64,000 nucleotides of DNA from Candidatus Limnocylindrales bacterium. GTDB lineage: Bacteria > Chloroflexota > Limnocylindria > Limnocylindrales > CSP1-4. Below are positions 9,425-19,208 of the stretch, in pieces. The stretch spans positions 66,580 through 130,579 of the forward strand of contig JBEKVD010000005.1 of the NCBI GenBank assembly GCA_049514315.1, given 5' to 3'. The position numbers and the translations under genes are program-made. The notes beneath the pieces were generated by a model. It was not told the origin of the DNA. It saw only the letters and a program-made list of their open reading frames with translations, and did not search any database. Numbering within the stretch: position 1 is the first letter of the stretch; each line of letters begins with the position of its first letter.

Positions 9425-10713
9425 TTCGGTTCTCTGCCGCACAGCGTGGGATCACATGGCGGCTCATGGGCGTGGCAACGGCCGCGCTTCTTGTTGCCTC
9501 GGCGTGCTCGAGCAGCTCGGCCTCGCCGAGCGCCGGGCCGATCACATTGAACGTCCTCCTGATGCAGCAGGCCGCCTACAGCGCCAGCGACATCCAGGCG
9601 ATGGACGCGGCCTTCACGAAGGCCAATCCGAACATCACGATCAACCCGGAGCTTGTCGCGTACGATTCGCTCCACGACAAGATCGTGACCGCCCAGGTAG
9701 GCGGCAACGGCAAGTACGACGTCATCCTGATGGACACGCCGTGGCCGGCCGAGCTGGTCAAGGCCAACATCGTCACCGATATCACCAGCAAGATCCCGGC
9801 GAACTTCACGACGGGCGTCTTCGATTCCGCGTGGACTGCCGCGAAGTACAACGGCAAGATCTACGGCGTGCCGTGGATCAACGACACCAAGTTCTTCTTC
9901 TACAACACGGACATGTTCTCCAAGGCTGGCATCACCGCGGCTCCCAAGACCTGGGACGAGGTCGAGGCTGACGCAAAGCTGATCCAGGCGACAGGCGTCA
10001 AGTACCCGATAACTGCCAGCTGGAAGCAGGCCGAGGCCGTCATCTGCGACTGGACCCAGCTCTCCGCTGCGTTCGGCAGCTCCGATTTCGTCGATGCCAG
10101 CGGCAAGGCGCTCTTCAACCAGGGCGGTGGCCTCGCAGCCCTGACCTTCATGAAGAAGCTGCTCGACGAGGGCCTGGTCGATCCGGCATCCCTGAGCCAG
10201 ACCGAGGACGATGTCAACACAGTCATGAGCGCAGGTCAGGCCGCGATGGCCCTCAACTGGACGTACGGCCTGAGCGTAATGAATGACGCGACCAAGTCCA
10301 CTGTCGCCGGCAAGATCAAGGTTGCCCCGAGCCCCGGCGAGGGCAGCGTAACGACGAGCGGCGTGAACGGCGGGATGAGCCTGGCAATCACGACGACCAG
10401 CAAGTACCCGGACCAGGCGCTCCAGTACGCTCTCTTCATGGCGAGCGAGCAGTCGCAGGAGATGGATGTCGCGAATGCCCTTCCGATGTGGAAGGCTTCC
10501 TTCGACAACCCGAGCGTCACGAAGAACAACCCCGATCTCTTCGCCGCCGCGAAGATCGAGTTCGCCGGGCTGGTTGCACGCCCGGTGGTGCCCTACTACA
10601 CGAAGCTCTCGAACGCGCTGCAGGACGCTATCCAGCAGGCGCTTCTCGGCAACAAGACCCCGCAGCAGGCACTGAACGACGTGGCGTCCCAGCTGCCGTC
10701 GTTCCAGCAGTGA
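9421..10713 (+). CDS. ABC sugar transporter substrate-binding lipoprotein (CUT1, SBP family 1)
   Basis: ATG 9421 overlaps the ROK kinase stop (ATGA). A signal peptide with lipobox LVASAC is present, and the composition is typical of family 1 solute-binding proteins. Confidence 0.85.
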   Translation: MIRFSAAQRGITWRLMGVATAALLVASACSSSSASPSAGPITLNVLLMQQAAYSASDIQAMDAAFTKANPNITINPELVAYDSLHDKIVTAQVGGNGKYDVILMDTPWPAELVKANIVTDITSKIPANFTTGVFDSAWTAAKYNGKIYGVPWINDTKFFFYNTDMFSKAGITAAPKTWDEVEADAKLIQATGVKYPITASWKQAEAVICDWTQLSAAFGSSDFVDASGKALFNQGGGLAALTFMKKLLDEGLVDPASLSQTEDDVNTVMSAGQAAMALNWTYGLSVMNDATKSTVAGKIKVAPSPGEGSVTTSGVNGGMSLAITTTSKYPDQALQYALFMASEQSQEMDVANALPMWKASFDNPSVTKNNPDLFAAAKIEFAGLVARPVVPYYTKLSNALQDAIQQALLGNKTPQQALNDVASQLPSFQQ

Positions 10714-10754
10714 AGCCCTGTTGATCTCTGCAGCCACTCGAAAGGCATCCGACG

Positions 10755-11681
10755 ATGACGGCAGGCACGCTCGGCCGCTTTTCCGTCAAGCGGTCGAAGC
10801 CGTGGCCCGAGACTTGGGTGGCGGCGGCCTTCCTGGCCCCCGCCGCCCTCGTCATCTTCCTCGTTGTGGTGGTCCCGCTCGTCCGCGCCGCGTGGATGAG
10901 CCTCTTCGCGATAGAGCTGACGAACCCCGGGGTGGAACCGTTCGTCGGCCTGGGGAACTACATCACGCAGCTCACGAGCGGGGCGTTCTGGGACTCCATC
11001 TCCAAGTCGCTCTTCTTCACGATCGTGACCACGGCGCTGGAGCTCAGCCTGGGCGTCGGGCTGGCCATGCTGATGGATCAGCCGATGCGACTTCGGTGGG
11101 TGCTCCGGTCCCTGGTGATCCTGCCCTGGGCCCTGCCCACGATCGTGAACGCCCTGATGTGGCGGTGGATAGACCAGGGTAGCTACGGCTCACTCAATGC
11201 CCTGCTCACCCAGCTCGGCTTCATTCACGACTATGTTCCGTGGCTCTCGCAAGACACAACGGCGATGTGGATGGTGATCATCGCGGATGTCTGGAAGATG
11301 ACGCCCTTCTGCGCAATCCTCATCCTGGCCGGCCTTCAGGGGATCGACCGTGAGCTGTTCGAAGCTGCCCGGGTCGACGGAGCCGGCAGCAGCGACGTAT
11401 TCCGGCGGATCATCCTGCCGCTGCTTACGCCCATCATCCTGATCGTCCTGGTACTGCGGACGATGGAGGCGTTCAAGGTCTTCGACATCATCTGGATCAT
11501 GACCGGCGGCGGCCCCGCCAGCTCCACTCAGACCGTGGCGATCTACGCCTATCGAACCGCGTACCAGAGCTACGACTTCGGCCAGGGCGCGGCCCTCGGC
11601 TACATCATCGCCATCGCGATCATGCTGCTGGCCGCGATCTATCTGTGGATGCTCAGGCGAACGGGGTCAACGGAGTCATGA
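10755..11681 (+). CDS. ABC sugar transporter permease (MalF-like)
   Basis: It has multiple TM segments and the EAA loop FEAARVDGAGSSDVFRRIILPLLTP. Confidence 0.85.
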   Translation: MTAGTLGRFSVKRSKPWPETWVAAAFLAPAALVIFLVVVVPLVRAAWMSLFAIELTNPGVEPFVGLGNYITQLTSGAFWDSISKSLFFTIVTTALELSLGVGLAMLMDQPMRLRWVLRSLVILPWALPTIVNALMWRWIDQGSYGSLNALLTQLGFIHDYVPWLSQDTTAMWMVIIADVWKMTPFCAILILAGLQGIDRELFEAARVDGAGSSDVFRRIILPLLTPIILIVLVLRTMEAFKVFDIIWIMTGGGPASSTQTVAIYAYRTAYQSYDFGQGAALGYIIAIAIMLLAAIYLWMLRRTGSTES

Positions 11682-12616
11682 ACGTGCCGTTGTCGCGATC
11701 CAGGGATGCAATGGCATCGTCCGCTGGAGCGCGCTCCCCAAAGAGGCGCCGCAAGCCCATCACCGTGGGCCGAGTCCTGCGGACGGTCTTCGTGTACGCC
11801 GGAATGGTCGTAGCCCTGCTGGTGATCCTGGGGCCGTTCGCGTGGCTCCTGATATCGAGCGTGGCCGACAAGGCCGATCTGTTAGCGCGCCCGCTGTCGT
11901 GGATCCCTGCCCACATCAGCTTCCAGCGCTTCGTCGATCTGACCATCGGCGGCTCGCCAGGCGACACTCAGGCGCAGGAATTCCGGTCCGCCCTGATGAA
12001 TAGCCTGGTGATCGCCTCGATGACGACCTTAGTCGGGATGACCGTTGGCACGGTGGCTGCCTACGCCTTCTCGCGCTTCCACTTCCCCGGCCGGGGCTGG
12101 ATGATCCTGGCCTTCATGGCCACAACGATGCTGCCGCCGATCGCACTTCTCCTGCCCCTCTACCAGATCATGAACACGCTGGGGCTCAGCGACACTCCCC
12201 TGGCCCTGATCATCATCTACTCCTCATTCGTAACGCCCTACGTGGTGTGGCTCATGCGTGGTTACCTGGACACGATCCCGCGAGATCTGGACGACGCCGC
12301 CCGCGTCGACGGCTGCTCGAGGCTCGGAGCGTTGTGGCGTGTCATCCTCCCTGTCTCCCGGCCCGGCCTGCTGTCGACTGCACTGCTGGCCTTCCTGCTC
12401 GCCTGGGACGAGTTCCTCTACGCGCTCGTTATCACCCAGACTAACGCATCGAGGACGCTGCCGGTCGCATTGAACGACTTCATCGGTCGCTACGGCACCG
12501 ACTTCGGGCGCCTGGCCACGGGGGGGGTTATCGCCGCGATCCCACCCCTGATCATCGCGTTTGTCTTCCAGCGCTACATCGTGGCCGGCTTGACTGCGGG
12601 GAGCGTGAAGGGATGA
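11678..12616 (+). CDS. ABC sugar transporter permease (MalG-like)
   Basis: It has the EAA loop DDAARVDGCSRLGALWRVILPVSRP. ATG 11678 overlaps the preceding stop; 11645 is an alternative start. Confidence 0.8.
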   Translation: MNVPLSRSRDAMASSAGARSPKRRRKPITVGRVLRTVFVYAGMVVALLVILGPFAWLLISSVADKADLLARPLSWIPAHISFQRFVDLTIGGSPGDTQAQEFRSALMNSLVIASMTTLVGMTVGTVAAYAFSRFHFPGRGWMILAFMATTMLPPIALLLPLYQIMNTLGLSDTPLALIIIYSSFVTPYVVWLMRGYLDTIPRDLDDAARVDGCSRLGALWRVILPVSRPGLLSTALLAFLLAWDEFLYALVITQTNASRTLPVALNDFIGRYGTDFGRLATGGVIAAIPPLIIAFVFQRYIVAGLTAGSVKG

Positions 12617-13785
12617 CCAAAGTGGGCGAAACCGCGGGCGCGCAGCTCGGGCTTGGACCGGCCTCGGGGCGACCCGATCTTCACCAGGCTCTGGCCGCGT
12701 TGATGGCTGACGGTCCGGATCAGATGGGTCGAGACCTGGCGGGCGCGGCGGAAGTCGTGCAGGCGACGCTCGCCGAGGTGGCGGGCCTGCGGCCGAGGCT
12801 CGAGGCGCTCTTCGGTGGCGGCGCGGGAGTCGTCCTCGTCGGAACCGGGATGTCTCTGGCCGTGGCCCAGGCCGTCGCCCCAAGCTGGCTCGTCGCCCGC
12901 CGTCGAGCGGGCTTCCAGCCGCTGCTCACTGTGCGCGAGTCCGCGGCCGCCGTGCTGGGCTCGGCCGATGGCCGGGACTGGCACACGGGCGACGTCGTCG
13001 TGGCCATCTCCAAGACTGGCACGAGCCCCGAGACCTTTGCCGCGGCGCGCGATGCCGCCGCAGCAGGTTGCGCGGTGGTAGCCGTGACGGCCGGCCGCGT
13101 GTCTCCCCTGGCTTCGGTGGCGACGCTGGTTGTGCGCACGCCGATCGGCGACGAAGGCGGCGCGGGGACGAGAAGCGCGACGGCTGCGCTTGCCGCGCTC
13201 TTCGCGATCTCAGGATTCCTGGCCATGGGTCCGGCCGACCGGGCCGCCCTGGCGGAACGGCTGCAGACGGCCGTCGGGTCCTGGGACAGCGTCGCCTCCG
13301 TGGGGCTGCGCCTCGCCCTGGCAGAACGGACGTGGATCCTCGGTCTCGGCACCGGAGCCGGCCTTGCAGCAGCGGGCCGCCTGCTCTGGCATGAGAAGGT
13401 GCGTCGTCAGGCGGTGGCGCTTTCGGCTTCCGAGTTCCGCCATGGTCCCGTTGAGGCCGTGTGTTCGGGCGACGCAGTCATCGTCGTCGACGCCGACGAA
13501 CACCTGCCTGCACGCGCTGCCTACCTGGAGCGGCTCCGGTCCGAGCTGGCGGAGTTGGGGGCCTTCATCGTCTGGGTCTCCGCCTTTCCGCCGCCCGGCG
13601 TGACGGGTATCTGCCTGGCGGGCGGTGGCATGGCTTCGGCGAGGGGCGAGCCATCTCCGAGCATGGCCCTGGAGGCCCTCGTTCGGCTTCAGCAGCTGGC
13701 CCGGGCGACTGCCCATGCCGCTGGCACGTACAGCGATGGCTTTGCCGTGCTCCGTGCGATCGTCAAACCAGTCACGGGCCTGTAG
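12613..13785 (+). CDS. double SIS-domain sugar-phosphate isomerase/deaminase-like protein (GlmS C-terminal / FrlB / AgaS-like)
   Basis: VLVGTGMSLAVAQ and VVAISKTGTSPET are SIS motifs, and a second SIS-like half is present. The start overlaps the permease stop (ATGA). Confidence 0.75.
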   Translation: MTKVGETAGAQLGLGPASGRPDLHQALAALMADGPDQMGRDLAGAAEVVQATLAEVAGLRPRLEALFGGGAGVVLVGTGMSLAVAQAVAPSWLVARRRAGFQPLLTVRESAAAVLGSADGRDWHTGDVVVAISKTGTSPETFAAARDAAAAGCAVVAVTAGRVSPLASVATLVVRTPIGDEGGAGTRSATAALAALFAISGFLAMGPADRAALAERLQTAVGSWDSVASVGLRLALAERTWILGLGTGAGLAAAGRLLWHEKVRRQAVALSASEFRHGPVEAVCSGDAVIVVDADEHLPARAAYLERLRSELAELGAFIVWVSAFPPPGVTGICLAGGGMASARGEPSPSMALEALVRLQQLARATAHAAGTYSDGFAVLRAIVKPVTGL

Positions 13786-13854
13786 CACCGATCGGACCGT
13801 CTGCCGGCGGGGCCGACCCGGCCGGGTCAACCTGTGGGCAATGGACTCAGGCTC

Positions 13855-15297
13855 TCAGGCCGTCGACGTCGAGGTGTGAGCCGCCGGTTCGTAGCGACGG
13901 AGAGGCTGTGTCGCACGAACGACCGCGCGCAGGGTGGCCAGGTCGCCGCGGATCAGTCCACGTGCCCGGGCCTGCACGAGGATGTTGCCGAGCGCCGTCG
14001 CCTCGACGGGCCCTGCCACGACGGGTATGCCGCAGGCGTCTGCCGTGAGCTGGCACAGGAGATCGTTCCGGCTGCCGCCGCCGACCACATGGATGACCGC
14101 GATGTCGAGCCCCGAGAGCCTCCGCGCATCGGCGATCGCTCGGGCGAACGCCAGGGACAGGCTGTCGAGGATGCAGCGCACGAGCGCCGGCCGGGAGGCC
14201 GGGACCGGCTGATCGGTTGCGCGGCAACGGGCGGCGATCCGCGCCGGCATATCGCCCGGCGGCAGGAACCCCGGCTCGTCCACGTCGATGACGCTGCCGC
14301 CTGGAGGCAGCTCGGCGGCGGCGGCGAGCAGATCCGCGAAATCGGCCGGCCCGCCTTCGCGTTCCCAGCCCCGGACCGATTCCTGGAGCAGCCAGAGACC
14401 CATCACGTTCCGGAGGTACCGGATCCGGCCGTCTACGCCCCGCTCATTCGTGAAGTTCGCCTGCTGGCTTGCCTCCCCGCGTATCGGTTCGGTGAGCTCG
14501 ACGCCGACCAGCGCCCAGGTCCCGCAGGAGATGTACGCGAACCGCTCGCCCTCCGCCGGCACGCCGACCACGGCGGAGGCGGTGTCGTGGGATCCCACCG
14601 CCGTCAGGACGGCATCGCGCGACAGCCCCGTGTCGGCGACCACGTGTGACCGAATCGCGCCGAGCGTCTCGCCGGCGTGCACGAGCTCGGGGAAGATCGC
14701 CGCGGGCAGGCCGAGCTCGCGGACGAGGTCGAGGTCCCAGGAGCCCCCGACGGGATCGAAGAGGCCGGTCGTCGATGCGTTTGTCGCCTCGGCGCGAAGG
14801 TTGCCGGCCAGCCAGTAGCCGATGAGATCGGGGATGAGGAGCAGGGCGTCTGCCGCTTCAAGCTCCGCCGTCCCGAGGGCGGCTGCCAGCTGGTAGACGG
14901 TGTTGATCGGCATGAACTGAGTGCCGGTCAGCGCGTAGAGGCGCTCCCGCGCTACCCGGGCGTGGACCAGCTCGACCCCGACGGCCGTCCGGGCGTCGCG
15001 ATAGTGGTAGGGGTTGCCGAGAAGCCGTCCGGCAGGATCCAGCAGGCCGTAGTCCAGGGCCCACCCGTCCACCCCGACGCTCGAAAGCCCGGGGGCCAGC
15101 CGAGCGGCGCGTCGCAAGCCTTCGGTGATCTCGTGATACAGCCGCAGGACGTCCCAATGCAGGCCGTCCGGCAGCGTCACGGGGTCGTTGGCGAACCGGT
15201 AAGCCTCCTCGAACTCGAGCGTGCGTGGACCGACACGGCCGACCATCACGCGCCCGGACGACGCGCCCAGATCGACGGCCGCGACTGTGTCGGTCAC
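13855..15297 (-). CDS. rhaB: rhamnulokinase (FGGY family)
   Basis: The N-terminus AAVDLGASSGRVMVGRV...YRFAN.PV...DGLHWDV is typical of RhaB, and it is adjacent to rhaI. Confidence 0.85.
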   Translation of the reverse strand: MTDTVAAVDLGASSGRVMVGRVGPRTLEFEEAYRFANDPVTLPDGLHWDVLRLYHEITEGLRRAARLAPGLSSVGVDGWALDYGLLDPAGRLLGNPYHYRDARTAVGVELVHARVARERLYALTGTQFMPINTVYQLAAALGTAELEAADALLLIPDLIGYWLAGNLRAEATNASTTGLFDPVGGSWDLDLVRELGLPAAIFPELVHAGETLGAIRSHVVADTGLSRDAVLTAVGSHDTASAVVGVPAEGERFAYISCGTWALVGVELTEPIRGEASQQANFTNERGVDGRIRYLRNVMGLWLLQESVRGWEREGGPADFADLLAAAAELPPGGSVIDVDEPGFLPPGDMPARIAARCRATDQPVPASRPALVRCILDSLSLAFARAIADARRLSGLDIAVIHVVGGGSRNDLLCQLTADACGIPVVAGPVEATALGNILVQARARGLIRGDLATLRAVVRATQPLRRYEPAAHTSTSTA

Positions 15298-15370
15298 GGC
15301 AGCCGGGGCGCCCCGTCGGGCCGATGGGGGCGCTCGAGGATCACGCGTGCGTGGCGCCCCCTGCCCCCCG

Positions 15371-16588
15371 TCAAGCGCCCCACCCGGCCTGCTGGCCGCC
15401 GACCCGCTCGGCGGCGACCCTCTCCGCGTAGCCGGAACGGGCGAAGGCCGCCATGGGGTTCGGATCCAACCCCATGTCCATGCGTGCGTCCTGCAGCAGC
15501 GGCCGGACGTCGGTGTCGTAGGCGTCCATCAACACCGCGTGTGCCCCGAGAACGTCGCCGGCCTGCTGGGCCGCCTCAAGTGTCTTCTGGTCGACCAGCA
15601 GCGCCTTGGCAGTCGCCTCCTGGACGTTCATCACGCTTCGAATCTGCCCCGGGATCTTCGCCTCGATGTTGTGGCACTGATCGAGCATGAACGCAACGCC
15701 GCTCTCCGGCCGGAGCGCACCCGCCTTCACGCACTCGTGCATGATCCGGAAGAGCTGGAAGGGATCGGCGGCGCCGACCATGAGGTCGTCGTCCGCATAG
15801 AAGCGCGAGTTGAAGTCGAAGCCGCCCAGCTTGTCGGCGCGGAGCAGCGAGGCGACGATGAACTCGATGTTCGTGCCCGGCGCATGGTGGCCTGTGTCGA
15901 CGACCACCTTCGCCTTGGGTCCGAGGGCGAGGCAGTGGGCGAACGACGTGCCCCAGTCCGGAACGTCGGTGTGGTAGAAGGCCGGCTCGAAGAGCTTGTA
16001 CTCGAGGACCATGCGCTGGGTCGGGCCGAGCCGCTGGTAGACCTGCTGCAACGACTCCGCCAGGCGGTCCTGGCGGGCGCGGATGTCGTCCTGGCCGGGG
16101 TAGTTCGTGCCGTCCGAGAACCACAGCTTGAGGTCGCGCGACCCGGTCAAGTCCATGATGTCGATGCATTCGAGGAGGTGGGCGACCGCCTTGCGTCGGA
16201 CTCGTGCATCCGGGTGGCACACGCTGCCGAGCATGTAGTCGTCGTCCTGGAAGGTGTTCGAGTTGATCGTGCCGAGGGCGACGCCCTGCTCCGCAGCGTG
16301 CCGCGCCAGGTCCGCGAAGTCGTCGACCCTGTCCCACGGGATGTGGAGCGCAACGGTCGGCGCGACGCCTGTGAAGCCGTGAACCTGGGCCGCGTCGTCG
16401 ATCTTCTCGTAGGCGGTCCGGGGAACGCCCTTCTGCGCGAAGACCTTGAACCGCGTCCCGGAGTTGCCGAATGCCCACGAGGGAAGCTCGATCCGCTGGG
16501 TTCGGAGCGCCGCCCTTGCAGTGCGGCTGTCTTGAATCGTCGAGGACACGGTCGCCTCCATCCCTGTCTGCCCCGCGGACACGCTCAA
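15371..16588 (-). CDS. rhaI: L-rhamnose isomerase (xylose-isomerase-like TIM-barrel type)
   Basis: It has the ELPSWAFGNSGTRFKVF motif, about 400 aa, and lies upstream of rhaB. An internal ATG 27 nt downstream (16561) is an alternative start. Confidence 0.8.
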   Translation of the reverse strand: MSVSAGQTGMEATVSSTIQDSRTARAALRTQRIELPSWAFGNSGTRFKVFAQKGVPRTAYEKIDDAAQVHGFTGVAPTVALHIPWDRVDDFADLARHAAEQGVALGTINSNTFQDDDYMLGSVCHPDARVRRKAVAHLLECIDIMDLTGSRDLKLWFSDGTNYPGQDDIRARQDRLAESLQQVYQRLGPTQRMVLEYKLFEPAFYHTDVPDWGTSFAHCLALGPKAKVVVDTGHHAPGTNIEFIVASLLRADKLGGFDFNSRFYADDDLMVGAADPFQLFRIMHECVKAGALRPESGVAFMLDQCHNIEAKIPGQIRSVMNVQEATAKALLVDQKTLEAAQQAGDVLGAHAVLMDAYDTDVRPLLQDARMDMGLDPNPMAAFARSGYAERVAAERVGGQQAGWGA

Positions 16589-16687
16589 CTTGTTGCCCCG
16601 GCCCCGGCCGAGGGGAGGCCGCCCGGGGGCCCCACGCCGCAGTGAATGTCAGCTTGCCACAGGTTCCGTTTAGTTTCAATCTCCTTG

Positions 16688-16717
16688 TTGACAGTTCGAT
16701 TGGTTGTCGTCTACTGT
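16688..16717 (+). promoter_or_regulatory. candidate sigma70-type promoter for the DeoR/rhamnose transport operon
   Basis: TTGACA (16688-16693), an 18-nt spacer, then TACTGT (16712-16717), in an unusually AT-rich stretch of the rhaI/deoR divergent intergenic region. Confidence 0.3.
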
Positions 16718-16785
16718 CCCGATTCGGAACCACTTGAAGCGCACTGATCCGCGGGGGCGGCATCGCCGGAGGAGAGTCGGGCCAG

Positions 16786-17652
16786 ATGCAGACGGGCGAT
16801 CGCCAGGAAGTGTTTGCGCGTGAGCGCCAGCAGCACATCGCCCTGAGTGTCGAGGAGCACGGGCGGGTGCGCGTCACGGATCTGGCCGAGAGGTTCGCCG
16901 TCTCCGAGGTGACCATCCGGAAGGATCTCCGCGTGCTCGAGACCGAGGGCCGGCTCGTCCGCGCCCACGGAGGGGCGCTCGCACCGAGCCGGAGCCCGTC
17001 GGAGCGCGCGTTCGAGGTTCGTGAACGCCTCCAGCGTGCGGAGAAGGAGCGGATCGGCGCGGCCGCCGCGGCGCTCGTGGTCGATGGCGAGAGCATCGCC
17101 CTGGACGCGAGCACGACGGCGCTCGCCATGGCCCGTCATCTGAAGACCCGCGGCGGATGGGTGCACCTCACCGTCATCACCAACGGGCTCCGCATCGCAT
17201 CCGAACTCGCCGGCCACCGCGGCATCACCGTGGCTCTGCCCGGCGGCTTCGTACGGTGGGAGGCGCTGTCCGTGGTGGGTCCTTTGGGCGCCGGGCTGCT
17301 GCAGAAGGTGAATATCCAGAAGGCTTTCATGGGCGCCGCTGGGTTCACCCTAGAAACTGGCCTGAGCGACGCGACCGAGGAGGAGGCGCAGATCAAGCGC
17401 CTGATCGTCGCCGCGGCCACCGAGGTAGTGGCCCTGGTTGACCACACGAAGTGGGGGCGGACTGCGTTCGCCACCTTCTGCCCCACCGACAGGGTGACGG
17501 CCGTCGTGACCGATGAGGGGGCTCCGGTCGACATGGCCGACGTGCTTCGCCATCGGCGGATCGTCGTCCATGGGGCGCCTGGGGTCGACCGGGTGCCGGC
17601 ATCGCCGGCCGGACCCCAGGTCGAGTCGTCGTTGCTGGATACGCTCTCATGA
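16786..17652 (+). CDS. DeoR-family transcriptional regulator (candidate rhamnose regulator)
   Basis: It contains the HTH VRVTDLAERFAVSEVTIRKDLRVLETEGRLVRAHGGA and a DeoR C-terminal sensor domain. It is the first gene of the rhamnose transport operon. Confidence 0.85.
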   Translation: MQTGDRQEVFARERQQHIALSVEEHGRVRVTDLAERFAVSEVTIRKDLRVLETEGRLVRAHGGALAPSRSPSERAFEVRERLQRAEKERIGAAAAALVVDGESIALDASTTALAMARHLKTRGGWVHLTVITNGLRIASELAGHRGITVALPGGFVRWEALSVVGPLGAGLLQKVNIQKAFMGAAGFTLETGLSDATEEEAQIKRLIVAAATEVVALVDHTKWGRTAFATFCPTDRVTAVVTDEGAPVDMADVLRHRRIVVHGAPGVDRVPASPAGPQVESSLLDTLS

Positions 17653-19208
17653 GTGAGAGCGTGCCTGCCATGGCAGTCCATGGCGCAGACGCCCGGAACG
17701 GACTGCCACCCGTTGCGCTGGCCAGGGTGTCGAAGCGATTTGCGGCAACGCAGGCGCTCCAGGACGTGTCGCTCGACCTGCGAGCTGGGGAGATCCACGG
17801 GCTCGTTGGCGAGAACGGTGCCGGCAAGAGCACGATCGTCAAGGTAATCGCCGGCATCCACCAGCCCGACTCGGGCATCGTCGAGCTCGACGGCAAGGCG
17901 GTGCTGCTGCATGGGCCCGCCCACGCGCGCTCCCTCGGCATTGCCGTCGTCCACCAGGAGCCGCGCCTGTTCCCCGACCTGACCGTCGCCGAGAACGTCT
18001 TCATGGGCCATACGCCAACCGGCGGGTTGGGAACGGTCAACTGGCGCGAGATGCGGCAGTCGGCGGACCGGATCTTCGAGAGCCTCAGCGTGCACATAGA
18101 TTCGGGCGAGGTCGTACGCGGTCTTTCGATGGCCGACCAGCAGCTGATAGAGATCGCGAAGGCGCTCTCCATCGATGCACGCGTGCTGATCCTCGATGAG
18201 CCGACAGCGTCGCTATCCACGCACGAGGTTGAGCGGCTGTTCGCGATCGTTCGCCAGACTCGCGACAGAGGCGTGGCCGTCCTATTCGTAAGCCATCGAC
18301 TCGAAGAGGTCTTCCAGCTGTGCGATCGTGCCACCGTCCTGCGCGACGGGCGTCACGTGATCACCGCCCCGACATCCGAACTGACGGCCGCCGACCTGGT
18401 CCGCTACATGGTCGGCCGCTCTGTCTCGCTCTTTCCGAGGGGCGCCTCGAAGATCGGAGAGGTGCTGCTCGACGTCCGGGGCTTGACTCGGATCGGCGCC
18501 TTCCGCGATGTCACCTTCTCGGTCCGGACGGGCGAGATCGTCGGCCTGGCCGGGCTCGTCGGCGCCGGCCGCACCGAGGTTGCCCGGGTGCTGTTCGGCC
18601 TCGACCGCGCCGATTCCGGCGAGGTCCTGCTCGACGGCAAGCGGGTCAACTTCAGGAGCCCGTCCGAAGCGCTGCGAGCGGGCATCGCGTACGTCCCGGA
18701 GGACCGGCACCTGGACGGCCTGGTCGGGGGTTTCACGATCTCCGAGAACGTGACCCTGCCGATCATTCCACGGCTCTTTCCGCGCCTCTTCGTCCGAACC
18801 AGTCGCGAGCGTGCCCTGGCGGCCGGTTACGCCGAGCGGTTGCGCATCCGCGCGACCGGCATGGACGATCTCATCGAATCCCTCTCGGGCGGGAACCAGC
18901 AAAAAGTGGTCATCGCAAAATGGCTGGCCACGCAACCTCGAGTGCTCATCCTCGATGAGCCGACTCGTGGCGTGGACATCGGTGCGAAGGTGGAGGTCCA
19001 TCGAATCATCTCCGACCTTGCCGCCTCCGGGCTGGGCATCGTCCTGATCTCCAGCGAGCTTCCGGAGGTTCTCGCGATGAGCGACCGAATCATGGTTCTC
19101 CACGAGGGCCTCATTACGGCCGAGATCCCACGAGCCGAGGCTTCGGAGGAGCGGGTGATGTTTGCAGCGACCGCGCAGACGGCGGAGGAGACGGCCAGTG
19201 GCTCTTAG
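17649..19208 (+). CDS. rhaT: sugar ABC transporter ATP-binding protein with two NBDs (RbsA/RhaT-like)
   Basis: It has Walker A GENGAGKST, LSGGNQQKV signatures and a duplicated NBD. The start overlaps the DeoR stop. Confidence 0.9.
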   Translation: MSESVPAMAVHGADARNGLPPVALARVSKRFAATQALQDVSLDLRAGEIHGLVGENGAGKSTIVKVIAGIHQPDSGIVELDGKAVLLHGPAHARSLGIAVVHQEPRLFPDLTVAENVFMGHTPTGGLGTVNWREMRQSADRIFESLSVHIDSGEVVRGLSMADQQLIEIAKALSIDARVLILDEPTASLSTHEVERLFAIVRQTRDRGVAVLFVSHRLEEVFQLCDRATVLRDGRHVITAPTSELTAADLVRYMVGRSVSLFPRGASKIGEVLLDVRGLTRIGAFRDVTFSVRTGEIVGLAGLVGAGRTEVARVLFGLDRADSGEVLLDGKRVNFRSPSEALRAGIAYVPEDRHLDGLVGGFTISENVTLPIIPRLFPRLFVRTSRERALAAGYAERLRIRATGMDDLIESLSGGNQQKVVIAKWLATQPRVLILDEPTRGVDIGAKVEVHRIISDLAASGLGIVLISSELPEVLAMSDRIMVLHEGLITAEIPRAEASEERVMFAATAQTAEETASGS

